IMG/VR virus record: IMGVR_UViG_3300029544_000001 | From: a virus | Taxonomy: Duplodnaviria; Heunggongvirae; Uroviricota; Caudoviricetes | Direction: 5' to 3' (one strand) | Length of the DNA: 51,285 nucleotides | Part shown: positions 1 to 12,100 of the stretch, piece after piece | Numbering within the stretch: the stretch's first letter is position 1 | How the letters are laid out: every line of letters starts with the position of its first letter | Position numbers and translations under genes: made by a program | Notes under the pieces: generated by a model | Databases searched by the model: none | What the model was told of the DNA's origin: nothing | The model's input: the letters and a program-made list of their open reading frames with translations, nothing else

Positions 1-663
1 GTAGGGCATACTTATTTATCAGGAAATGTTGCCAGCTCTATTTTAAATACAGATGGAAGTTCTGATACTCCTCAAATACAGTTTGATTATCATGTAGCCC
101 AAGACAATTTAACTTTGATGAATTGTGATCCCCGATATTTAGCGGTCTCCGCTGAAGGATTCAAGTTTGAGGGTAACAAACAAATCAAGTATAATGTAAC
201 AGTTCGTTTAAATCCAGAATGGACCGGACAAAATGATACAGAACATAAGAAATTCCAAATTCTGAATGAAACAAAACTTAGCAAGAAATCCCTAAAACTT
301 GGAGCTATCCCCAAATCAAAGACTAAGGATAGAGTAAACCTAAGTGCGTACAACGTAATCCCTTATGTATCATCCAAAATTGGCATTAGCGAGGACGAAT
401 TAATAAAAGAAGCCGAGGCATTTTTTGAAGGATATAATAGAAATGGCGTTGAGGGTAGTATTACTATCTTCGGAGATTTACACAGAACTAATTTAGGCAT
501 GAGGCATTTGGAATCTGGAATGAAAGTCGTTTTACTTGATAAACGCGAACCTGAAAAACAAGGTTGGTATCTTATTGAAGAAATCAACACAAAATTTGGT
601 GTTAACGGTTTTAGGCAGACTTTAAAACTCCCCTACTGTATTGCCAAACCAGAAAAAAAATAA
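1..663 (+). CDS. Baseplate hub / late control D-like protein (5'-truncated by window edge)
   Basis: Frame is open from base 1 with no stop before 115. C-terminus GWYLIEEINTKFGVNGFRQTLKL resembles the GxY.I..v.h.f...Gf...l end of gpD/gp27-like hubs. Lies upstream of a spike-like gene. Confidence 0.6.
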   Translation, partial: VGHTYLSGNVASSILNTDGSSDTPQIQFDYHVAQDNLTLMNCDPRYLAVSAEGFKFEGNKQIKYNVTVRLNPEWTGQNDTEHKKFQILNETKLSKKSLKLGAIPKSKTKDRVNLSAYNVIPYVSSKIGISEDELIKEAEAFFEGYNRNGVEGSITIFGDLHRTNLGMRHLESGMKVVLLDKREPEKQGWYLIEEINTKFGVNGFRQTLKLPYCIAKPEKK

Positions 664-667
664 AACT

Positions 668-1582
668 ATGGCAGATAAAATTACAAGCGATTTAAGCGCA
701 AACAGTGCTATTTATGATGCTATACGACAAATTGCATTTCATAAATTGGTAAACCCACGAAATAACGTTATAAAAAACACAGCCAAAATATCTGGTTTTG
801 TTGTTAAAATACATACAGATGGAGAACTGTGCGGAACTGTTGATGTACAGGAATATACTCATACACTTACAGACAAACAGGCTATTGATGACGGGCTTCC
901 AGTTGGTTTACATGAAGGCGTATATCTTTCAGCCATTCAAAATAATGAAAATGGTTTAGTGGTTATCCCCTATCTTTATTCGGATGTCGTAATAACAACA
1001 GACCCTGAAACATTACGCGAATATGTTATTCAATACTCTCATGCAGACACAATACAAGTAGACGCGCATAACAAAGTAATTATTGGAGCAACAGAAACAA
1101 AAGAATGGGAAGATTCAGAGGATGCTCCAGATGTAGATGAATTGGAAAAGACAGGTGTTCATGCTCACACGACTTACACCCCTGTTTCGATATTGTCGGA
1201 AGTTGCTAAAGGAGAAGGAGAAAGTGATAAAAGTATATTCAAAATAACCGCTGACGACATTTTATCCCAACATGATAAAAGTCAAATACTTCTTGATGCC
1301 CAACAAATTTTGGCAAAATATAATGCAAAAGAAATTATAATCAAAGAAGATGGAGTGTATTTGGGTAGCGGCAGTGCCAATGAACCGGCAGTACTTGGAA
1401 ATCAATTAGCAACTTTATTGGTTGACTGGCTAGGAGCATTATCTCAAATGATGACTCCAACTATGATGGGACCTCAACCTCCAGCTAATTTGGCAAAGTT
1501 TGTATCCCTTCAAGCAAAAGTTAACTCCTATAAAGCATCTATATCAGGATTTTTATCAAAAACCGTAAAAGTGGCAGAATAA
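668..1582 (+). CDS. Putative baseplate spike (gpV/gp45-like)
   Basis: ATG at 668 after an AT-rich leader. Beta-rich middle and C-terminal LGSGSANEPAVLGNQL...TMMGP typical of spike proteins. Follows the hub gene. Confidence 0.55.
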   Translation: MADKITSDLSANSAIYDAIRQIAFHKLVNPRNNVIKNTAKISGFVVKIHTDGELCGTVDVQEYTHTLTDKQAIDDGLPVGLHEGVYLSAIQNNENGLVVIPYLYSDVVITTDPETLREYVIQYSHADTIQVDAHNKVIIGATETKEWEDSEDAPDVDELEKTGVHAHTTYTPVSILSEVAKGEGESDKSIFKITADDILSQHDKSQILLDAQQILAKYNAKEIIIKEDGVYLGSGSANEPAVLGNQLATLLVDWLGALSQMMTPTMMGPQPPANLAKFVSLQAKVNSYKASISGFLSKTVKVAE

Positions 1583-3261
1583 TGGCAAAGTTAAATGAAG
1601 GCATATCACAAATTAAGAAAGGTAGTGCATTGGAAACAATGTACAACCGGCTCTTAACAGGGATGGAACAAGCTTCACACGAAACACTTCCAGATTTTAC
1701 AGGTTCGGATTATGTGGATGGTTATGTCGTGAATGAAGAAAAAATCAATCTTGAAATACATGAATATGAAAATATAACCAGAAAGAACTCTGCATATCTA
1801 TTAGCAAATACTATTATAAGTAGTTTAAGCAGTGAAGAAGGCGGCGGAAGTGGCACCGGTGGGTTTGTTTCCATAAATGGTGACTCTATGGCCGGTTTAT
1901 TAAAGGCATTGTATGGTTTTACAGCCGGATACAATGGAATAAAAATATTGGATGTTTACCAAACGTCCGAAAGTAATCCACAAGAGCGAAAAAATATAGT
2001 TTCTATTAATGGTGAATTGCATCTCCCCACACATGGATTATACATTAACGGTTGTAATGTTATAAGTTATGATAATGATATAATCGCATTAAACGGCGAT
2101 GTTATTTGTAGTGGATATATTAGACTTGGAGATTTAGAAATATCCAAGGATGGCATTAGCTATCAAGGAAACGAGTTTTATCATTCTGGGAATTCAAATA
2201 AAGAAGATGTAAGCTGGACCATGAAAGATGGAACGGTTGCCGGAAACTTGTCTGTAAAAGGTACAAGCACATTCCAATCCGGCATTACCGCTTTGTATGG
2301 TGTAGATTTGGGATTTGATAATACAAGTGTATTAGCTATTTCGGCCAAACGGTTAGCTCAATTAACAGGGGATTTGAATATTATAACAGGGGGCATACAA
2401 TTTGATGGTGATTACATTATTCATGCCAAGAATAATAATGTTATCTCATTTTCTGCGTCTAACAAAATATTAAATCTGGGAGACGATAATACCAAACAAA
2501 TTAACCTGCAAACCAGTATTTATGATGATGATGGTGAATATGAAATGATTTCAAAATTTGGTTCTGCATATTTCCCAGAATCATTTAAGGCAGGGCACAA
2601 TTTAGGGAATATATTGATTGAAACATATAAAAAATCATCTGAAGATTCTGGTGTAATATTCAGGCGTTATATTAGATTAAAATCAGAAGATGGACCAGGA
2701 TTTTACAGTGATGGTGATAGCGTATTTTTTGAAGCTCCATTTAAATATAATAAAGTAGCTGATGATGATACAGTACAAATCTCTGAAATAATAAAATCAT
2801 CATTTGGCTATGTAGAATCGTTAAGTTTATATGCCCCATTAAATCGCAAATCATCCAGCTTGATGTTTTCTACAGATGCTGATTTTTTTGTTTTTGACAA
2901 ACCAATTGAAGGAAAAAAATCAATTGGAATAGCAGATTCTAAAACCCGTCTCCTCCCCAACGAGCTATTCTTTGATGATTCAATCTATTGGTTGGCTTTA
3001 AATAATGGGGTTAAGCACTATGGTAATGCCTATTTTGTCAACGACATAGGTTCTGTCACTTTTTCCAGTGGTTTTGCCGGAAATGGCTGGGGTATCATTC
3101 AAAACAAATTGACCGGCAACATCAGTGCAACATTTGATGATCTGACAATTCGTAAAAAAATGAGAATATATGAATTGGAAGTGCAGAAGCAATCAGTGAC
3201 TAACGGGTCTTGGTGGGTCAGCGATGCCTGTTCCGGAGACTTAGTAGAAGAAATATTATAA
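1582..3261 (+). CDS. Phage tail/baseplate structural protein
   Basis: 559-aa Gly/Asn/Ser-rich beta protein, 1-bp coupled to both neighbours, in the tail module. Confidence 0.55.
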   Translation: MAKLNEGISQIKKGSALETMYNRLLTGMEQASHETLPDFTGSDYVDGYVVNEEKINLEIHEYENITRKNSAYLLANTIISSLSSEEGGGSGTGGFVSINGDSMAGLLKALYGFTAGYNGIKILDVYQTSESNPQERKNIVSINGELHLPTHGLYINGCNVISYDNDIIALNGDVICSGYIRLGDLEISKDGISYQGNEFYHSGNSNKEDVSWTMKDGTVAGNLSVKGTSTFQSGITALYGVDLGFDNTSVLAISAKRLAQLTGDLNIITGGIQFDGDYIIHAKNNNVISFSASNKILNLGDDNTKQINLQTSIYDDDGEYEMISKFGSAYFPESFKAGHNLGNILIETYKKSSEDSGVIFRRYIRLKSEDGPGFYSDGDSVFFEAPFKYNKVADDDTVQISEIIKSSFGYVESLSLYAPLNRKSSSLMFSTDADFFVFDKPIEGKKSIGIADSKTRLLPNELFFDDSIYWLALNNGVKHYGNAYFVNDIGSVTFSSGFAGNGWGIIQNKLTGNISATFDDLTIRKKMRIYELEVQKQSVTNGSWWVSDACSGDLVEEIL

Positions 3262-5675
3262 TGTCTGTATATAAATACAAGAAATATAAAATTTCTCTCC
3301 AGTCCGATTCTAAAAAGACACAAGGATTACGGACTGGGGATATAGTTAGAAGACAATATTTTGATGGAAAGAATCTTATTTATTCGTTAATGTGCGTATT
3401 GGATTATGGAATAGATAAGACTGTAGATTCTAATACAAATAATATTGTCGAAAAACAGTATTTCATCGGAGCACTGTTAGAAGGCGATGTGCCCAAAACA
3501 GAAGAAATCTTAGACTTTGCCAGAATTACCAATCTGTTTGATATAAATAGATCTGGAGCCATATATTTAACTGGGTCTGACGATAATGCCCCATATATGG
3601 ATGTGATTGACGGTATTGGACGTAATGAGAGTTTATGTTGGCCTTCAAATATTGCAACTCCTGATTATGAAGATTCCGAATCACAATATATAGTACGAGG
3701 AACAGAAGCAGTAACCACTGATTACATATTATCAGAAGCGGACAACAATCGCATTTGTCATTTTAAAAGGAATGACGCTATATATTACGGTTTCATTGGT
3801 CTGCAACAAGATTTCTACAAATATGTTCAAACCCCCAACCGCGTTCTTATTTCATATAAGATCAAAGCCAATAAAGCTGTCAATTGTAAAGTTTCATTAG
3901 AATACCAAGATGGAACAAGAACAGATGGAGAAGAAACCACTTCTATCACAACAGATTGGCAATATAAGTTGCACACAATAACTGTCGATTATTCCGGACG
4001 TTATTTGCGAACAGTAAAACTGGATTTAAGTGAGATGTCTCCTTCAGATGAAGTTTGGGTGTCGGATTTCAATATCATCTTACTGTCTAGTGTTGCTAAC
4101 TTTGGCGATGCCAGTAAAATACGTGTTGGCAAATTGAATGGAATAACAGATCCGGTATTTGGTCAATTAGAAGGATATGGAGGTTACTTACAGAAACTTT
4201 TTGCTTCAAAATCTGCTCATATTTCTGGAACATTAACTGCTGGTGATGAGAATGGTTTTGCTGCAACCTTTTATGCCGGAAAAATCCATAGGAATGTATT
4301 CATTAATTCTTTAGATGTTAATTTTACATCTGCAATTACTATTGACACTCAAATAGAAAACCCTACTGGAATCGGCAATGTATATAGTGCCTCTAAAATC
4401 ATAAGCATGATAGCCCAATCTGAAGAGTGGTTCGCGCAACATATCGGGAAAAAATATACATTCTCTTTTTGGATATATGCTGGGCAGGCATGTCAATTAT
4501 CTATTTTACAAAATGATAAAGCAATAGGGACCGTTCAAATACCTATTGCTGACACGAATATATGGTCTCGTAAAAAGGTAACATTTGAATTACAAGCTCC
4601 GAAACAGGCAGAAGAGGCATTGGTTCTATCCATTGTCCCAACTTTTGATACCTCTGATAATGCAGGAGAATCAATATTTTATTTTTCTTCACCACAATTA
4701 GAGGCAGGAGAACTAGTCACACAATACCAACCAACTGATACTATACTTAATTACACAGAGGATTATGGAGCTTGGTTTAATCGTGGCGGCATTGGTGGGA
4801 CCATCCAGAACCCATTGCTTCAATTAAATTTTGACGGAGAAGGCAGTATTGGTACTCGTAGTAATTCTGTATTAATCAAAACAGATGGTTCTGGTCATTT
4901 TGCCAATAAAAATATTAAATGGAATAAAAATGGCGATGTAACATTTGGTAAAAATGTGACAATGACTTGGGATAACCTTGACCAGTCTGTAAAAGACGAA
5001 TTAGTCAGTAAGTCTATTCGTATTGTTGGAACTGATACCTTTACTCTTTTAGGAGATTTAACAGGAGCCGATCCTGTTACTAATCCGGCAGACATTACCT
5101 TAACGCTGGAAGAAGAGAATCTACAGTCTACTTCCAGTCAACGACAATGGTATTATTTACAAGGATATGATTATATACCGTTTGAAGGAGAAAATGGAAA
5201 GACATTAACAATATGGCCTTTTGAACCTTATTGGGATAATAGTAACTCGCTAACAGTTCGTTGTATCGTAAAATTTAGTAACGAAGAGTATTCCGCTACA
5301 TTCACAATACGGAAACAATATATAGTGGGCTATTCACTTGAAATTACTTCCAGTCAAGGAGTATCATATAAAAACAATAGTTGTCAAACTGTTTTAACCG
5401 CTAACGTCTATTATCAAGGTAAACTAGTTGATCCGGATTATGTAGCTAAGAACTACATATTCAAGTGGACTAGGTATCATCTTCCTGATATGGAAAATGA
5501 AGTGATTGATTGGTGGAAAGAACAAAGAGATAATGAAGGCAATATAGTACAACAAGAAATTGATAGATCAAAACCAAGTATCACATTAAATTATGGAATA
5601 TCAGGACAAGACTGTTTTATGTGTGAACTTCTAAACGGTAACATGTTCCCGTATGAATTCCCCTTAATATTTTAA
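3261..5675 (+). CDS. Phage tail protein with carbohydrate-binding-like beta-sandwich domains
   Basis: ATG at 3261 overlaps the previous stop. CBM-like segments ITTDWQYK and GKKYTFSFWI...PQLEAGELVTQYQP. Confidence 0.55.
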   Translation: MSVYKYKKYKISLQSDSKKTQGLRTGDIVRRQYFDGKNLIYSLMCVLDYGIDKTVDSNTNNIVEKQYFIGALLEGDVPKTEEILDFARITNLFDINRSGAIYLTGSDDNAPYMDVIDGIGRNESLCWPSNIATPDYEDSESQYIVRGTEAVTTDYILSEADNNRICHFKRNDAIYYGFIGLQQDFYKYVQTPNRVLISYKIKANKAVNCKVSLEYQDGTRTDGEETTSITTDWQYKLHTITVDYSGRYLRTVKLDLSEMSPSDEVWVSDFNIILLSSVANFGDASKIRVGKLNGITDPVFGQLEGYGGYLQKLFASKSAHISGTLTAGDENGFAATFYAGKIHRNVFINSLDVNFTSAITIDTQIENPTGIGNVYSASKIISMIAQSEEWFAQHIGKKYTFSFWIYAGQACQLSILQNDKAIGTVQIPIADTNIWSRKKVTFELQAPKQAEEALVLSIVPTFDTSDNAGESIFYFSSPQLEAGELVTQYQPTDTILNYTEDYGAWFNRGGIGGTIQNPLLQLNFDGEGSIGTRSNSVLIKTDGSGHFANKNIKWNKNGDVTFGKNVTMTWDNLDQSVKDELVSKSIRIVGTDTFTLLGDLTGADPVTNPADITLTLEEENLQSTSSQRQWYYLQGYDYIPFEGENGKTLTIWPFEPYWDNSNSLTVRCIVKFSNEEYSATFTIRKQYIVGYSLEITSSQGVSYKNNSCQTVLTANVYYQGKLVDPDYVAKNYIFKWTRYHLPDMENEVIDWWKEQRDNEGNIVQQEIDRSKPSITLNYGISGQDCFMCELLNGNMFPYEFPLIF

Positions 5676-5677
5676 GT

Positions 5678-5938
5678 ATGGCGGCAGAACAAGAGCAATC
5701 CCCTAACCTGCTTGATTTTAATAATAAGCAAGAAAACAATGGAACTAATAACCGTGGACGTTTAACGGCTCACGAATTTAATCAATTGATAAATGCCGTA
5801 AACAATAACTCAAATGACACCTTTTCCTTCAAAAAACAAGTAGGTAATCTTTCATTTGATGTAATTGAAAATGAAGAAGCTTTTGAACAAATCGAATCCA
5901 AAGAAGAAAATACCGTGTATTTCATACTTGAAGAATGA
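5678..5938 (+). CDS. Small tail-associated protein
   Basis: 86 aa; C-terminal EEAFEQIESKEENTVYFI resembles a short motif common in tail fibre proteins. Confidence 0.5.
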   Translation: MAAEQEQSPNLLDFNNKQENNGTNNRGRLTAHEFNQLINAVNNNSNDTFSFKKQVGNLSFDVIENEEAFEQIESKEENTVYFILEE

Positions 5939-6105
5939 TACAGATAAATGGCAAAGATGTCAGTCAAATAAGAGTTGGTAACAAAATAGTTACCGCAGTT
6001 TACGTAGGGGCAAAATTAGTTTGGCAATCTATACGTTCCTGCTTTGGATCTGGTTTCTGGATTAACTCATCTCCTTGGAAAAATGATGAAGGCTGGAAAA
6101 ACTAA
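5935..6105 (+). CDS. Small hypothetical protein (56 aa; not in ORF track)
   Basis: ATGA overlap with the previous stop. Translates MIQINGKDVSQIRVGNKIVTAVYVGAKLVWQSIRSCFGSGFWINSSPWKNDEGWKN* and fills the gap before the DGR target. Confidence 0.75.
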   Translation: MIQINGKDVSQIRVGNKIVTAVYVGAKLVWQSIRSCFGSGFWINSSPWKNDEGWKN

Positions 6106-6144
6106 CAAATTTTTAAAATACGCTTTACAAAAAAATAATTAATT

Positions 6145-9100
6145 ATGGCTAAGAAATTCAGAACTGACGAAATTCCTGCTGGTAAATTTACAGAGGACTG
6201 GGGTGGCAATAAAAACAATACCATCCCCGCAGCACCTGATGAAACGAACCTTCTCCCCTACTCTGGGGAGGCTGTGCAAAAGTTTATAAAGAGCTATTTG
6301 CAAGACCATGAAAACAATAAAATTGGTCACATTCCTCCTATGACAAAAGATCCGGACGGTTTTTATCATATTCGAGCATTTGCTAATAAAAACACATACA
6401 ATGAATGGCTTGCTGACCCTGATGAGAATCAAGCACTAAAATTGCTTGATGTTACTATTCCTATTAGTGATGAACAGGGTGTAATGAATATTGTAGAATT
6501 AACTACGGCCAGCAATCAAACAAATTATGTAAGCATTGATGGTAGTGTAGTTCTAAAAATGCGTTTTACTTCTCAAACATACAATCCTGTTACTGGGAAA
6601 TACGCAAATACCTATGAAGATGGTACTATGACTATCCAAAGGCGTGCCTCCGCTTCCGATTCTTGGCGTACAATTGGTACAATGGCAATCAAGAGTGTAG
6701 AAGCCGAAAGCGACACTTATACGGATGTAGATATTAGTGGATTACTTAACAGTGGAACCTGTCAATTACGTATCATTGTAACTGGAGACCAAACACAAAG
6801 TACCACAACTTATGTAGTGTTTCAAAGTGTTACAAAAACAGAATTGAAACTTACGTTCCGAAACGAATGGCAGCAACCTATTACTGGTGCCACTATGTCT
6901 TTATTATATACATATACTGGTGCCGTAGCTAAAACATTAAATTTAAAAATTAGTGGTGAAGGTGGTGTGCGTTCTGTCCAATACGCTGTTGGCAAAGTTG
7001 AGTACACGGAAACTCCAAATCAGTTTGATGTAACTGACACTGAAGGGGATTCTGTTAAAGTTATGTCTCATGGAGTACATGAAATTGAGGCCTGGTTATC
7101 TGTAGATGGCACAGATGTGGAAAGTGAACACATTGTTTCACAGGTAATGATAGTTTCAGACCCTGATAATAAGACTCCATATATCATATTAAACCAGATA
7201 GTCAAGTCTCTTGTAAACTGGACATCTGTTCAATTTTTCCAATGGGCAATATATAACCCAGGTTCAGATGTATTACCTGTCACTTTCAAATTAACAGACA
7301 TTCAAGAGGTTGAAAACTATCTGTCTTACACAGAACAGCAAGCCCAAAATGGTGTAGTTTACACATTTGGCAATATGATAGAAATCGAAAGCAAAGAAAC
7401 GAATTTCAGTGCTTATATGTTATTTAGCACTGGAGAAAAATACTTGCGTGATCGTATTAGTTTTAATGTCGATAACTCACAAAATTTTGCCCCGACTGAT
7501 GGTGCCGATTTAATTATCAATCCAAAACTACGTAGTAATACAGAAACCCACCCAGATACTATTATTAATACCGTTTCAGGCGAGAATGTTCCCGCGACCT
7601 TTGAAAATTTTGGTTTTATTAGTGATGGTTGGGTTGAAGACGATAATGGAATCAAATGTTTGCGTGTTCCTAGTGGAAGAAACATAGCAATTGATTATGA
7701 GACGTTCTCCGACTTTATCCAAGCTCAAAAAACAGGTTCTCTTACATTTGAAATAGACTATGCTATTCGCAATGTAACCAACGAAGACGAACCGGTATTA
7801 CGCATGTGTTCTTACACAAAAGATAATAATCCGCTAGGTTGGGAAATGAAACCTATTGATGCCTGTTTTATGACCCAATCCAAAGTAACCCGTAAAAATC
7901 AAGACGTTGGCTACAACGAAGGGGTACGCACTAAAATCGCAGTCAATCTACTATACAACTTGTCCAGCACTGGACAAAACTATTGCCGTATTTTCATAAA
8001 CGGGATTATTAACCGTGAAATCAATTATGCGACAGACGACACTTTCGTACAATATGTAGACGGAAAGCAAACATCACAAGGTATCCGTATTGGTAGTTCT
8101 GGAGCCGACATTGACATTTACAGTATTAAGGTGTATAAGAAAGCACTCACAGCTAATGATGTGCGCCAAAACTATATGGCATCCTTAGATAATAGTGAAG
8201 AAAAAATAACATTCCGCGATTCTAATAATATTCTTGATGGTAATACTATCAGCTACGATCTTGCTTATGAAAAATACAATGTTATTCTTTGGAAAGGTAA
8301 ATATGCTACTTATGGCAATACTAAAAAGGACAAATTCAACGGAACTTTAATTATCCATATCCCTGGAGAACCGGAGAATAGTGGAACATTGTACGACATG
8401 AACGAAAAAGGTCAAGGAACCTCATCCATGTTGTATTGGTGGTGGAATGGACAATGGGGCTTCAATGAAGATGGATATTGGGTTGATGAAAATGGAGTAA
8501 ATCGTGGTAAATGTTATCAGTTAACTAACGATGTACCTGGAGCACTCAAATTGGTGGGGAAAGTAAATTTTGCCAGTTCAGCACAAAGCCATAAAATAGG
8601 TTCTACAGCTCTATTTAATGATTTATTTAAAGCTGTATGTGGCGGTAATTCCATTACCAATACAGAAGGTTTTGAAAATTGTCGTGTAGCTGTACTTCAA
8701 AAACCGTTTTTGTTCTTTGTACAAGAAGATGAGAATTCCGAACCACAATTTAAATCTTTTATGACTTTTGGTCCAGGTAAGGGAGACAAACCGACATTCG
8801 GATACGACAAAACAAAATTTCCAGATTATGTATGTCTGGAAGGAGCTGATAATGACCGTGCTTTGGTGATGTGCCGCGTACCTTGGATTGATGAAGATGT
8901 CACTTTAGAAGGTGAAGAAGATTGGATGTATAACGGCGAAAAGCAAATGAGTCTGGTCTTTGGGGATACCAATAAGATCGCCCCTATCAAAAGTGGATTT
9001 AACTTTGTCTTTAAGCATTATGATAATATAGATTATTTCAACGGTACCATTGAAGATTTAAATGCCGCAGAAAATCTTGATACCTCCAAACATTATTGGC

Positions 9101-12100
9101 TGACTAAATCAGGGCGTAACAATGCACAGTTCGATTTATTCAGATATGATTTCATTACTTCTACTTGGGTGGGTGCAGGCATTGAAAAGATTGAAAGTGG
9201 AAGATATTCGACTGTAAACATCAACGAACAATGCGGGAATATTGCCAGCGGTACAGATTGGGATGCAATTAACTCATCGTTTAAAACGGCTAGAATAGCA
9301 TTGTTCAAGGCCGATGCAGGAAAATACTTTAATCTTACAGAAACTCATTTTGCTATGAATTTTTGTAAGTTAATTGCAGCTAGTGATAACAGAGGGAAGA
9401 ATATATATTTTTATGTTGACCCCAAAACTCATTTAATTGGTTGGCATCAAGATGACTTGGACACAATATTTCCCGTAAATAATGTAGGACAAAGAGAAAA
9501 ACCTTACTATGTAGAAGAACATGATAAAAACAATGATGGAGGCTTTTATTGGAATAGCGAAGGGAATGCACTATTTAACCAAATGGAAAACGCTTTTCCA
9601 GATGAATTGCGTACCAATATGCGCTCTATATTACAAGCAATGCTTAAATTAAGTGATGATGGAACTTTAATGGGCTGTATGGAAAAATATTATTTTTACG
9701 TACAACGTTATTTCCCAGCCGTTGCTTACAATGAAGTGGCCCGTCTTGTATATGAACGTGCCAGAACCGCCTATGTGAGTTCAGACCCGGAAAATAAATA
9801 CACAAATGGTACAGATCCCATAACACAAAGTTTAGGAGATGGATTACAAGCAGAAATGCAATGGGTTGCACGCAGACTTACCTACATATCTTCTTATGCA
9901 GCCTTTGGAGACTTTGGAAGGCGTGACGGTGAAGGATCAGCAGGCTCATTAAACTTCCGGTCTATAATAAAAACAGATGGTACACGTCCACAATTTAAAT
10001 TTTCTATTGTACCACATATTTGGATGTACCCCTCATTTGCCATAGGTTCTACACTATCTTATGGGGTTGGTAACGCACTGTCTCCACGTATTAAAGCCGG
10101 AGAAACATACGATGTCAATGTTGGAACTTCAGATGGCAATACTAATATTTTCTTAAATGGTATTGATTATATGCGTTCCATTGGTGACTTTACAGACAAA
10201 AGTTTAGGGGAAACATTTAATTTAAGCGGTGCTCGCCTAACAGCCTTTCATGTGGATGGAAAAGATGTTGTTGAATTCCGTCCTACCGGTATGACTATTA
10301 CTGCCCCTTTGTTGCAAGAACTAGTATTAAAACGTGTCGCTAGTTTAGTAGGTGGGTTAGATTTATCTATTTTGCTTAAACTTAGAATGTTGAATTTAGT
10401 AGGAACAATGTTGTCTTCCGTTGTTCTTCCAGCTACCGAATATTTAGAAGAGGTTCATCTTCCTGGGACTCTGACATCTTTGTCTTTAGATCAACAACCC
10501 AATTTGAGAACTATCACTTTGGAAGGGGCTGACCGAATGCAAAGTCTGTCAATTGGCGCAGGAATTGTAGATTCGCGTACCATATTCAATTTATGCTTTA
10601 CAGGTAACGCACCGTTGAATTATTTAAAGTTAGCAAGTATAAACTGGACCGAGGTTTCTCTTTATATGATTAACTATTTGGCTTCTATTACAGATAGTAG
10701 TGTATCTGGAAAAATAGCAGTAATAAACAATACTACCAACCGGCCTAATTTTAACAATAAAATTGATTGGTTGTATCATTGGGGAAATGTAGACGATGAA
10801 AACAACAATCTCCATATTACATACTACTCAACTCCTATTGCAGCTATAGAAATCAAAGGAAGCCAATACATTTATTCTACAGGTGAACACACTTTTTACT
10901 GCAAGCCGAATACCACTAATGGGAATGATGTAGTTAGCATTCGTTGGTCATTAGATACCAATTTGTATGCAAAAATAGTCAATACGTCAAAAGATTATTG
11001 CGTTATCAATGTATCTCAATTGGGAGATGAAGATACATTGGCTCCACATACAACTTTAAGATGTTATCTAACAAAAACAAATGGTGAAGTGCTTGAAGCA
11101 TCATGGGATATTGGTTTATACCCCAGACGTGCTCATCTCGGAGATTATGTATTTTATGATGGAACTTACGGTCCTACAACTGCTGGAAAAACCGTAGTTG
11201 GAATTTGTTTTTACATAAATCCAGCAGATGCCAATGATAGACGTATGGTAGCATTATCAAATCTTGAAAATTCAGGTATAGTATGGGGGCTTTATCCTCA
11301 AAATACAGGACAAACGGAAGAGTGGAATGAACAATATGCAATTTATCCTATTGAATTACAAGATGATGTTAATTATAGTGTATATGATATAGGTTCAATT
11401 GCTAACATTACACAGACCGGCTTACAACCTACAGAATATGATGACCAAGGTCATACCTCTTCTAATTACATAAGGTATGATAATTATGTAGATGAAAATA
11501 CAATTGACGGATTTGTAAATTCAGATGTTAAAACAGCTGCTGTTGGAGATGGTATCGCTGCTCCAGGTACGACTAATACAGGAAAAGAGGAATTGGCTGC
11601 GGATTTAGCCATTTTATCAGGTGCCTATAAAAAAGGTGACGAAGTTCCTGTCGGTTTAGCAAAAACTTTAAAAATTATTCAACATAGAAATAAAATCTTA
11701 GAAGATTCAGGAGTTAATTTGCCGATACCTGAAGCGACTGACTTATATACTGAACAAGCGATGTTGACCCAGTATATAAATAACATAATTGCTAACAATG
11801 AAAATCTTAGTAAATATCAACAATTTTATTATCCTGCTGCCAGCAAATGCTATGCTTATCAACCTACAGTAAAAGCAGGCGAAGAATTGGCAGATAAATT
11901 TAAATATCATAATTGGTACCTACCATCTGTTGGTGAACTTATGCGTATGTATTGGCACGCTAGACAAGGAGTGAATTATGATGATGATAAAATAGGTGCA
12001 ATTTTTCAAAAAGCAATAGATGCCGGTATTTTGAATGATTTTTCTAATTCTTGGTACTGGAGTAGCAGTGAGGGCAGTCAGAGCGGCAGCTGGTTCGTGG

